From IMG/VR virus record IMGVR_UViG_2162886007_000107, positions 172,431-236,430 of that record: DNA of 64,000 nucleotides; one strand, 5' to 3'. Positions 34,465 to 43,354 of this stretch are shown here, piece by piece. Both the position numbers and the translations under genes were made by a program. Position 1 is the first letter of the stretch. Every line of letters starts with the position of its first letter. Under the pieces are notes generated by a model. The model was given only the letters and a program-made list of their open reading frames with translations, made no database searches and had not been told where the DNA came from.

Positions 34465-36837
34465 ATGTCTGAGCATGAATTTTTGGGTCACGGTGGTCAA
34501 GTGATGATGCGTAAAAACCTCACGGTTATTTTGACTGTTCGTGATGAAAGTTCCATGGGTCCCTTCAGTGAAAGTGAAGCGAAGGATCTGGCTGATTCGT
34601 TTAAAGTACTGGGGACGATGAAACAAGAAGAAGGTGTCTTTACCTTCGACATGGGCAAGTATGCTCGTGCAACGGATCACAAGCGCATCACTGAAGTGTT
34701 GGAAGCTTACTCCGTACGTCATCAGCGTCGAATGGTTTTCACCATGCGTTCGTCGGATGGTGAACTCGACGTCGCCAAGATCCTTCTAGAAAACAAGGAG
34801 GTCGATTCTGTCAGCATGATGGATCCTCGGCCACCTGAACTGAAGCCTGCTTCAGAAACGGTGGAAAGCACTGGCTTCATCGACGGCGTCTGGATTGCTG
34901 GTCGTAACAAAGCGGTTGCTGTTTATCTGATTGTTCCGGAAAGCCAAGACGTGTCTCTGAATTCGGAAGAGTTGATGGACGCCAACTTCATGGATTTCAA
35001 ACGGATCGATTCTCACCAGTTGTTCCTTACCTATCGTCGTTTGCAGGAAACTGCTTTCAATGATATCAAGCAACGAGTGGAATTGTTTAACCGGGGTACC
35101 GGCAATGTCGTTGTGGCCGACGTGAAGGTTCTCACTGCTGAAGAGATCGACTCTATTAATGAGAAGATTGCTCAGCGTGAAGCAATGCTGGAACGTGATC
35201 CTTTGCCAAAGGTGAATACATCCGTCCCCATGCCTCCTGTAAAGCCGCCTAAGCTCGAACTGGTTACTCGGGCTGCAGTACACCCAGATATGTTCAATCT
35301 TGACGTGAGCGTGATGCAGCGTGTCACAACAAAGGTTCTTGATGTAACCATCGGTGCTGATCGACCTTGGGGATCCGAATATCTGGCTACTGCAATTGAA
35401 ATGGAAGCTTGGCGTTTGGTCGCCCAAACCTTTCGTTCCATCCGTCAGCATCGATCTGCCACTCGTGTGCACAACAGCTTTACCGGCACTGGGATAATCA
35501 TGCTGGATGACTGCTGTGATGATCCGCACAAAATGCTGGAGACTCTTGACAAGATCAACAAAGAGTTTCCATGCAACATGCAGGTGAAGTTGTACGATCC
35601 GAACCTTATTCCGGTGAAGCCGATCGAACCTGGCGTTCGCATCATGAAGAACCACAAGGACATCAGTAACTATCGAGTGATGGCTCGTGTTACTGTAAAC
35701 GGTTTGGAAAAGTCAGAACGTGAGTTCTTCCAGCTGTTGTGTGCCGCTATGAACGGTACAGTTGTTTCGGCCAATGATTTTGAAATCGATTTGGGTGAAG
35801 CTCCTGATGAGTACACTTTGCGGGCTATTGTTGCCGGACTTATCCGAGTCAGCGATCTGCAAACAGGTAACGCGACCTACGACTACCGCTTCTACAAGAA
35901 GCATGTCTCTGATGGTACTGTTATCAAAGACGCAGTAACGTTCGACGAGGGCAAGAAAGTAGTACAGGCGACTATCCATGGTGAAATGACTACTGACATT
36001 GTTCAGAAGTTCAGTAAAGCCTTTCCTGTTACTGGTTCCTGGCTCAACTCCAATACCTTCCAGGTAGAGTGTGGTGAGCACGAAACTCCGTTTGAAGTGG
36101 CAGTTGCTTTGAACACCATGGTCAATGAAGTAAACAATGAGCGGCCTAAGGGATTCATCTCCCGCTTCTTGAGCAACCGTAATCCTCTGCGTCCACCACC
36201 ACGTCCTGGTAGCGCAGAACAAAAACGTCAGTCTGCTGTATGGGGGGCTGTGAACCAAAACTTCAACAACAATCTTGACGGAGCCATCTACGAACTGGAA
36301 AGGCAGATCGAAGAACGTCCACTGGAGAACATTCCAAAAGACGAACTGGCCAATGATCCTGCGATCAAAGCTCTGGGTGCTTTACGTTACACCAAGGCTG
36401 CTGCACGTAAACGAGTCATCAAAACTCGTCTGTGGCGATTCTTCATCGTTGCTCTGCTGATTGCTATCGGTGGTGCAATTTACCAATACAACGAGTACCT
36501 GTTTGACCGTGGTTATGCTACCTCGGTTCTGGATTGTTCGGTGCCTTATGGTAGCGATCGTTTAACCGGTAAACGCTACGTAACTAGCGAATACCGTTCT
36601 CTGTTTGGCGTACGTCTTTCCTTCGATAGCAATATCAAGGATGTGACGAAACTGGATCTGCCGAATGACAACATTATTCTGTTGGGTATCAACCCGAAGA
36701 ATAACAAGCCATGGCGAATGAATTTCGGTAAAGGTGAACAAGGCGCTCAGCCTTTGCAACCAACCGAGCAATACTGGTTCGTGGGTAACAAAGATGCCGC
36801 GACCGTTTCTTACTCCAACTTCTGCACTAAGGGCTAA
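34465..36837 (+). CDS. large membrane-anchored hypothetical protein
   Basis: 790 aa; GAGGAG RBS; single TM near residue 655 (FFIVALLIAIGGAIY). Confidence 0.8.
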   Translation: MSEHEFLGHGGQVMMRKNLTVILTVRDESSMGPFSESEAKDLADSFKVLGTMKQEEGVFTFDMGKYARATDHKRITEVLEAYSVRHQRRMVFTMRSSDGELDVAKILLENKEVDSVSMMDPRPPELKPASETVESTGFIDGVWIAGRNKAVAVYLIVPESQDVSLNSEELMDANFMDFKRIDSHQLFLTYRRLQETAFNDIKQRVELFNRGTGNVVVADVKVLTAEEIDSINEKIAQREAMLERDPLPKVNTSVPMPPVKPPKLELVTRAAVHPDMFNLDVSVMQRVTTKVLDVTIGADRPWGSEYLATAIEMEAWRLVAQTFRSIRQHRSATRVHNSFTGTGIIMLDDCCDDPHKMLETLDKINKEFPCNMQVKLYDPNLIPVKPIEPGVRIMKNHKDISNYRVMARVTVNGLEKSEREFFQLLCAAMNGTVVSANDFEIDLGEAPDEYTLRAIVAGLIRVSDLQTGNATYDYRFYKKHVSDGTVIKDAVTFDEGKKVVQATIHGEMTTDIVQKFSKAFPVTGSWLNSNTFQVECGEHETPFEVAVALNTMVNEVNNERPKGFISRFLSNRNPLRPPPRPGSAEQKRQSAVWGAVNQNFNNNLDGAIYELERQIEERPLENIPKDELANDPAIKALGALRYTKAAARKRVIKTRLWRFFIVALLIAIGGAIYQYNEYLFDRGYATSVLDCSVPYGSDRLTGKRYVTSEYRSLFGVRLSFDSNIKDVTKLDLPNDNIILLGINPKNNKPWRMNFGKGEQGAQPLQPTEQYWFVGNKDAATVSYSNFCTKG

Positions 36838-36840
36838 ATC

Positions 36841-37611
36841 ATGAAATCTGTAAAAGCAGTTATTGTTGTTGATGCAATGCAATTTCCTGATCCTCTCTCC
36901 GGCCAGCACGGACCCATTGATTGCATGCAGTTCAAAGGTAACCCTCTCTGCACGCCGGTCGGCAAATTGCGTGTCTCAATGAGCCGTCCCCCAATCAACA
37001 TGATGCAGGGTCAGATGCACATGTATCAGGCTCAACATCATGGAGTTGATGCGTATCTGAGCATGCACAACCCAGGTATGTGGATGACCAAAGAAGGTCA
37101 ATTCTCTTTCAACTGTGTCGACGGCAATGCACTAACGGCAACCCTTCCACAGTTGCTGGAAAAGCTCAAAGAAAATCTGGGAGGTGGGGATGACGTAGAG
37201 ATCATTAACGCTCATCTCCATAACCCAGGCACCCTGATGCATCTGGCCGGTATCCCTCGTTACGACGTTCGTTTTGAAACGATACTGGGTCAAGCAGTCA
37301 AGATCGCTGCTTTTGACGAGCACGACTGGGGTGTTCTGGATTTGGCGACCCGGAACTGGTACGGGGTCAATCTGAAACGGCACGTGCCAGGTGTCTTCAC
37401 CATTGAAGAAGGGGCAAAGGATATCACCTTGCACATGGCCAACGTCAATGACATTGTGTGTCGTTTTAACAAGGCGGGGCATCTCGTCAATGTTTTCTAC
37501 AAAGACACTGAAGAGCCCGTGGAGTCCTTGCACCTGAACGTCAACAACCCATTCCTCGACCTCATCGAGTCTGATGGCGTCGCAATTACCACCACCACCG
37601 AACAAGAATAA
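36841..37611 (+). CDS. hypothetical protein
   Basis: 256 aa; operon packing. Confidence 0.75.
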   Translation: MKSVKAVIVVDAMQFPDPLSGQHGPIDCMQFKGNPLCTPVGKLRVSMSRPPINMMQGQMHMYQAQHHGVDAYLSMHNPGMWMTKEGQFSFNCVDGNALTATLPQLLEKLKENLGGGDDVEIINAHLHNPGTLMHLAGIPRYDVRFETILGQAVKIAAFDEHDWGVLDLATRNWYGVNLKRHVPGVFTIEEGAKDITLHMANVNDIVCRFNKAGHLVNVFYKDTEEPVESLHLNVNNPFLDLIESDGVAITTTTEQE

Positions 37612-37620
37612 CCTGGCGAT

Positions 37621-37646
37621 AGCCCTGGAGTGACGCCCAGGGCTTT
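37621..37646 (+). terminator. hairpin
   Basis: AGCCCTGG/CCAGGGCT stem. Confidence 0.45.
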
Positions 37647-37651
37647 AAGGA

Positions 37652-38146
37652 ATGACCATGAAAGAGCATTATGGGGCGGAGATTAAACAGCTTTTCGATC
37701 GGATCTATTTGATCGATGGGGATAAGCACTCTTTCTTTTATCACAAGAAAGATTTCCGAGTGCTCGGGCCAGATGATGTGGTTAGTGTTTACGATCTCGA
37801 ACATGTGACTCGTATCAACACTGGGCTGACTGATCAGCGTGCTCTTAACTACATTGTCGTGTTGGGGGATGATGAGTTCCAGTTCGTATTCATCAGCAAC
37901 AAGGTTAGTACTTGTGTTGTCCTGTTTTCTATCTTCAGTCCACAGGGCCACAAGATCATTCTGGATCAGGGAGTGTCTGAACCGATTCTGGGTCTTAGTT
38001 CGTTAGTGAACGTGACCGGTGAAAAGGTTAAGGCAGGGATGGGTAACTGGTCGCATATTCATGGGTATGCTTCTAAACTGTTGGCGGTTCATTGTGATCC
38101 CAGCAGGCCGTCTATTGTTAAGTCTATTTATCGTGATGGAGTATGA
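37652..38146 (+). CDS. hypothetical protein
   Basis: AAGGA RBS. Confidence 0.7.
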   Translation: MTMKEHYGAEIKQLFDRIYLIDGDKHSFFYHKKDFRVLGPDDVVSVYDLEHVTRINTGLTDQRALNYIVVLGDDEFQFVFISNKVSTCVVLFSIFSPQGHKIILDQGVSEPILGLSSLVNVTGEKVKAGMGNWSHIHGYASKLLAVHCDPSRPSIVKSIYRDGV

Positions 38147-38149
38147 TTC

Positions 38150-38608
38150 ATGCAAGAAGTCGTCGAAACACCAGACACCGAGGAAATGCTGAAACTTTGC
38201 ACAGCTCGTCCGTTTGTTAACCGCCTTACAGGTCTGCCGGTCTCTCCTAAAGAAGCCGACAAGCTCGGTCACATCGAAGGCCGACACACTCTGCGTCTGA
38301 TCGCACCATGCATTCCAACCTATCTGAAAAAGAAGGTTGTGTTCCTTGCAGTGTTCCAGGCGAAGAACTCCAAGTTCACTGTAATGAGCGATGGTCTCAT
38401 TACTTTGTACATTTACCTGGGTGCTCCTGAAGATGGGTATACGACAATGCGTATGCGCATTCGTGCCGGTTCTCGGGATGTAGAAGAAGCTCGTTATTTC
38501 TTCCTCAACAGACCAAGCATTTCGTCTCCGGCAATTGTGTCGTTGATGCGTAACAAGATGAAAGACATCGAAGAGATCCCTCTCTTGTATAGTTTTTCTG
38601 AACTGTAA
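38150..38608 (+). CDS. hypothetical protein
   Basis: GGAG RBS; 152 aa. Confidence 0.7.
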   Translation: MQEVVETPDTEEMLKLCTARPFVNRLTGLPVSPKEADKLGHIEGRHTLRLIAPCIPTYLKKKVVFLAVFQAKNSKFTVMSDGLITLYIYLGAPEDGYTTMRMRIRAGSRDVEEARYFFLNRPSISSPAIVSLMRNKMKDIEEIPLLYSFSEL

Positions 38609-38663
38609 CCACCATTCTTATTGGGGCAATTCGCCCTTTGACTTTCTTTAAGGAGAAATTCGC

Positions 38664-39245
38664 ATGTTGACTAAAGCCTTTGAGTTGAAAAAAGAATTCC
38701 CGTTTCCCTTCCGTGGCGGCAAGCTGCTGTTGGACAAACGCACGTTGGTGCCTACCAACCTTAACGTTGCTGTAGCCATCAACAATGATCTGGTTTACAC
38801 TTTGAAACCAGACTTGAAAGGCGAGATCACTCTGTACGGTATCACCTACGGTAACCAAGGGTTGCCTATGGTTGTCATGAGTGACGGTCATCACACCCGT
38901 TACTACTGGTTCAGTCGCAAACGCCATTACACCTACCTGGTCGAAAGCGGTAGCAATGATCTGGACGAAGCCTGGCTGAACCTGTTCAAATCCATCGTCA
39001 CCAACACTCGGTCGAAAGTGATCGACATGTACGAGATCATGCGGACATTCATTCGTGAATACTTCTGGACTCTCGGTGACAAGGAACTGCACCTTACATT
39101 GTCGACGAAACACAACGATGAATTGTTGTACATCGAAGTGGCCAAAGAACACGGCATGCGTCGGGCGATGTTCATTACTGTCAATGGCAAGAACCGGTTG
39201 GTAGATTTCAGCAAGCATCCATTGCTGGAAGTATTGGAGGCCTAA
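38664..39245 (+). CDS. hypothetical protein
   Basis: AAGGAG RBS; 193 aa. Confidence 0.75.
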   Translation: MLTKAFELKKEFPFPFRGGKLLLDKRTLVPTNLNVAVAINNDLVYTLKPDLKGEITLYGITYGNQGLPMVVMSDGHHTRYYWFSRKRHYTYLVESGSNDLDEAWLNLFKSIVTNTRSKVIDMYEIMRTFIREYFWTLGDKELHLTLSTKHNDELLYIEVAKEHGMRRAMFITVNGKNRLVDFSKHPLLEVLEA

Positions 39246-39299
39246 GGGCTTTGACAGGGGTGGATTGTTCCGCCCCTTTTCTTATTTGAGGGATTAAAC

Positions 39300-40634
39300 G
39301 TGTCTAAGAAACAAACTCCGTTGCAGGTTCCATACAGCGTGGCTAAAGCCTTGTTAGCAGTTCACCTCGCAGGAAAAGGGGTGGATGTACACAGTAAAGA
39401 TTTCGATAAAGAATACGGTCCGTCTATCATGAAGCTTTACGGTACGGATGAGCCGCCGGTCAACATGGATCACCTGGTCCGTCCTGATCTGAATGACGAA
39501 CAGTTCGACGAACTCATCCGCCAAAGTCGTAGCCTGCGCATGTGGGACAAGCTAAGGGAGATTAACGATAAGTCTCCTACCGGCACGGCGTACATGATGT
39601 ATACCGATGCAAACGGTCACCCTACCTGTGCTGGCAGGAATTGCGGCGAGTGCGCTTCTTGCTACGACAAGGAGCTTTCTTTTAATCCGGTAATCGTTGG
39701 GGGCAACATGGGACCTGTTGATTACTTGAATGGTCTGCACATGAGCGGTTCCGGCAAGACTGGGTTGCTTTCAGCATTCCACAGTGCCAAGCACATTCCG
39801 GACAATATCCCCTTGACCAGTCTGTGCAGAACCGGTGGCTTCCGTCGTGGTGAGTTTGCGACGATAAGCTCCCTTGGTTTCGGTCGTTTTGACAAGCCGA
39901 CTACCAGCCATATCGCCAATCTGGTTCGTTCCATGATTGACAAGAAACCTTTGTGGCACATTAGCCTGGAGAACACTCCTCGCGGGTTTGCCTATGACTT
40001 TGAAATGGATGTCCATACCCCATCACATCCGATAACGAAGATGGCAATGTGGGGTAACGGTCCTCTTCGGGCTTATCGCTCGCGTCCTGGTAATCCTCAT
40101 CGTCCTACTCTTTATCCGGAGCAGATATTCAATCTGAAGGAACTGGAAAGCAAATCCTACATCTCAGTTACCTATTACGGTGACATCGAAGTAGGTGGTA
40201 AAAAGGTTCCAGGCGTTAAAGGTGTTCCTGCAACACCACGCAATGGGTATCACGAATACTTTTACGCAGATAGCTTGTCCGACAGGACTCTTTATCGTAA
40301 GCATTATTACGCGCGTAATGGTGTTTCTGGTATGCATGGTCTGGACGCCGATTATTACGGCGAAAGCATGTTGCTCCGCCCTATCGGTCCACGTGACAGC
40401 CTGGGGTACCCGGTGCGTGAAGACTGGGCTGAAGAAGCCATCGACAAAATGATCTGGTTGCAGTTGAACAAAGATCACATCCCGCTGACTTTTGACCCGA
40501 CGTATGGTCATGTCCGAAGCATCACCAACATCGGTAAGCCTAAAGCTACCTGGCAAACCCGTCATATCAAAGAAACAGCGCGCGAGCGTCTGCGTCAAGC
40601 CACCTCGCCAGGGAAGGATAAGCGTGGGTATTGA
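39300..40634 (+). CDS. mosaic hypothetical protein with Cys cluster and degenerate DnaB-like segment
   Basis: CAGRNCGECASC; GGFRRGEF...KKPLWHISLEN. Confidence 0.7.
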   Translation: MSKKQTPLQVPYSVAKALLAVHLAGKGVDVHSKDFDKEYGPSIMKLYGTDEPPVNMDHLVRPDLNDEQFDELIRQSRSLRMWDKLREINDKSPTGTAYMMYTDANGHPTCAGRNCGECASCYDKELSFNPVIVGGNMGPVDYLNGLHMSGSGKTGLLSAFHSAKHIPDNIPLTSLCRTGGFRRGEFATISSLGFGRFDKPTTSHIANLVRSMIDKKPLWHISLENTPRGFAYDFEMDVHTPSHPITKMAMWGNGPLRAYRSRPGNPHRPTLYPEQIFNLKELESKSYISVTYYGDIEVGGKKVPGVKGVPATPRNGYHEYFYADSLSDRTLYRKHYYARNGVSGMHGLDADYYGESMLLRPIGPRDSLGYPVREDWAEEAIDKMIWLQLNKDHIPLTFDPTYGHVRSITNIGKPKATWQTRHIKETARERLRQATSPGKDKRGY

Positions 40635-41262
40635 TTATTACGTACAAGACTTAGAGAACGGGGGGTACAAGTTGGACAGACGAATTGATGGAAATGCACA
40701 GCGTGTGTTTGATCACTCTTCGCGTTTTAGTTTTGCTGCGCGTCATGACGTGGGTTGGCCTTATCCACAGAGTCGTCTCATGCGAGACCTCAAATTCATG
40801 AAAGTCTTTGGTGGTTTCCAGAAATGTGAGACACCAATTACAGAAGGTTCTAATCCCTTCATACGCGTGGTCTACGTGCCTAAGCTTGCTCCGCTTATGG
40901 TGCTGGACAGAAAGATGTGTATCACTGTAGCCGGTCACAAGGTCTATGTTGGTTGGATTGCCCGTTTAGGCCAGAACATGTGGCGGGATATTTCCAACAG
41001 CATTAAGTCAGTGCATCACGCGATCAGAAACTTGGATAAAGATGGTTACCCACGAGATCCGGTTAATCGTAATACTGATCGTGCTGAATGGGTGGAGAAG
41101 GCCATGTACCAAATGGGGTTCTCTCGTTCCAACTACAAACCAACGTTTCAAGAACGGTTTCCATACGTCAACGTAGGAACCATCGGTCACCGGGATCATC
41201 CAAAAGCGTTGACCCCAAACACTATTAAAGCAACTATTAAGGAATTTCTGCATGACTTCTAA
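40624..41262 (+). CDS. hypothetical protein ending in an EF-Tu G1-like motif
   Basis: AAGGA RBS with GTG 40624; [23 protein letters not shown]. Confidence 0.7.
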   Translation: [212 protein letters not shown]

Positions 41263-42052
41263 AACTGATAATCTGTTGGGTCTGTTCACTATCTGCACTG
41301 GTTATGTGGCCCTGACCGGTAACTACCACAAAGACGACAACAAGACCGTCCAGGAATGGATCAACGGCTATCGCCATGCTCACGAAATCACTGCTGAAGA
41401 AAAAGCAGAGATGGTTGAACTCGACCAGGTCATCACCATCGATTTCTGGCTGGATCGTTTCGGTGAACGCTACACCTGCTTCGGTGGTTCGGTAGAAGCT
41501 GCTGCGGCTCGTGCTTTCGAACGTGCCAAAGTGCTGACCGAAAAAGCCGACTTCACCTTCGAGCTGGGCAAGATTAACCTGACCGAAGCAGTCGAACTGT
41601 TGGTCAAGATCTGTGCCAAGTCGGTGGATCTGGAATACAACCAGTACAAATCCACCAACTGGGGCTACCACGGCACGCAGGGCGAAGACCGTACTGCTGC
41701 CGATTACGTGGCGTTCCTGAAAGACACCAATCCGGAAGATTTCGTACCGGATATGGATGGTGACGTCGTCTTCACTCAGGAAGTTTGTGAGAAGATGATC
41801 GAGACTGGTGAAGTCTTCGAACTCCGCATCTATCCTCACACTACGATCGGTTCTTACTCTTACCTGCATCACGACATCGGCTTCATTGTCTATGGCGCTC
41901 TGGTAACGGTCAAAGACGAGAACCTTTTCAACGGTGGTGACGTCGAACAAAATCGCGCCCTCTCCCAGGCCATCCAAAACCTGGAAGTTAATCCAGCGAT
42001 CAATACAGTCGGGTTCGATAACGTTAACCTCAACGGCGGGTGGAAACCCTAA
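41252..42052 (+). CDS. hypothetical protein with internal domain duplication
   Basis: AAGGA RBS; strong codon bias; two similar halves. Confidence 0.8.
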   Translation: MTSKTDNLLGLFTICTGYVALTGNYHKDDNKTVQEWINGYRHAHEITAEEKAEMVELDQVITIDFWLDRFGERYTCFGGSVEAAAARAFERAKVLTEKADFTFELGKINLTEAVELLVKICAKSVDLEYNQYKSTNWGYHGTQGEDRTAADYVAFLKDTNPEDFVPDMDGDVVFTQEVCEKMIETGEVFELRIYPHTTIGSYSYLHHDIGFIVYGALVTVKDENLFNGGDVEQNRALSQAIQNLEVNPAINTVGFDNVNLNGGWKP

Positions 42053-42613
42053 ATGACGCTCCCCAACTTCAAGACTACAAAAGCGAAGCCGGGGCGGGCA
42101 GAGTTGTACCACATCTCGTTTAAGGATCGTTCCTTTGGCGGGATGTGGAGTCCTGATAACCCAGCAGGGTTTGATGAGTCGGAAGAAAGTTCTCCAGGGG
42201 TCGTGGGTGATCCCTCCTGGCCTTATGGGGAACCTAGCCTCCCTCGCATCAGTGTAGGTCCAACCATCGAACAATGTTTCCGTGGTGTGTTCCCCAATGT
42301 AGCGCAGTTCTTCGAGAAGAAGAATTATCCCTACATGCAGTTCAGTGTGTTCTCTCCTAAGTTTGTTGGTACTGAACGTATCATCACTCCGGAAGAACTC
42401 ACTAAGCACCGTATGGTTTGGGATGCGTGTGTCAATGATGAGCATTGCATCTTGGATGAAGTTTACATGGGCTACGTGGGCACTGTGATTGTGTATAACA
42501 CGAATAAGTCGCCTACCATGTATATCCATCCCTTCGGTGATGAAAAGCTTAAGCTGGAGAGTGTAGGGCCTGCTACCATCAAGTGGAAGTGGGAAACCAA
42601 ACTAGTTCCTTAA
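42053..42613 (+). CDS. conserved phage protein, possible ART-like fold
   Basis: LYHIS...EPSLPRISVGPTIEQC...VWDACVNDEH. Confidence 0.7.
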   Translation: MTLPNFKTTKAKPGRAELYHISFKDRSFGGMWSPDNPAGFDESEESSPGVVGDPSWPYGEPSLPRISVGPTIEQCFRGVFPNVAQFFEKKNYPYMQFSVFSPKFVGTERIITPEELTKHRMVWDACVNDEHCILDEVYMGYVGTVIVYNTNKSPTMYIHPFGDEKLKLESVGPATIKWKWETKLVP

Positions 42614-42654
42614 CTTGAAGATGAAGTTGGGTCTATATTACCAGAGTGTATGAA
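42609..42654 (+). promoter_or_regulatory. phiKZ-type early promoter
   Basis: CTTAACTTGAAGA-N11-CTATATTAC; core at 42634-42641. Confidence 0.8.
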
Positions 42655-42687
42655 GAAACAACTTTTATTTTCCAAGGAGAAAGTGTC

Positions 42688-43260
42688 ATGGGTCTGGGTC
42701 CTGGCGTCGAACCTGATGCTAAAGAAGCATCTGAAAGTAATAACAAAAACATGTATCGCGATAAAGATGATCGCGATGGTGTTTCCAGCATCCTGTTGTC
42801 TGTTGGTCCGGAAGACGAAACCCAGATCATCAAGCGTGGTGCTCTGGCTGAAAAGCAATCCGGCCTGATTGAAATGGATAACCGCTACCTCGCTCAAGGC
42901 GTAGCAAAGCTGGCTGACTTCGGTAATGTCGGTCGCGATGTGGCAAACATGCTGCGTGTCGTAGCCGGTCGTCTAATTCTGGAAAGTGTCCCACGTGATT
43001 TGTGGCGTGAGTACATTCCAGAAGGTAGTGAAGCCAAGGCCTGGTCGCTGATCGAATACCGTTCTTTCGGCACTATCGCTCGCTACACCATTTTCAAACA
43101 AGGACCTGGCAACGATCGTCGTGATGAAGATTCGGTAATGCAGATCCTCATGATCAGTAGCTCTGGTCAATTGCTGGAACGTCAACACCTCACTGGTGGC
43201 AAGGCTGAAGAACATCGCAACTATCTTGACGCCTGGATGCACCAGCAGCGTAGTTGCTAA
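42688..43260 (+). CDS. hypothetical protein
   Basis: AAGGAG RBS before ATG 42688. Confidence 0.75.
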   Translation: MGLGPGVEPDAKEASESNNKNMYRDKDDRDGVSSILLSVGPEDETQIIKRGALAEKQSGLIEMDNRYLAQGVAKLADFGNVGRDVANMLRVVAGRLILESVPRDLWREYIPEGSEAKAWSLIEYRSFGTIARYTIFKQGPGNDRRDEDSVMQILMISSSGQLLERQHLTGGKAEEHRNYLDAWMHQQRSC

Positions 43261-43283
43261 GTTTCAACTGTAATCTGTAATAC

Positions 43284-43309
43284 CTAAGGAGGAAATGATT
43301 TCTCCTTAG
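43284..43309 (+). promoter_or_regulatory. hairpin sequestering a perfect SD sequence
   Basis: CTAAGGAG...CTCCTTAG. Confidence 0.4.
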
Positions 43310-43354
43310 TTTCTCTTGTTGGATACACTTCTACTAGTAAAAAGGAATCTTTCC

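Noticed and set aside
39732-39764. HMSGSGKT Walker A-like sequence
   Set aside because: The first Gly of GxxxxGKT is missing and there is no flanking P-loop NTPase fold or Walker B; not called as an ATPase.
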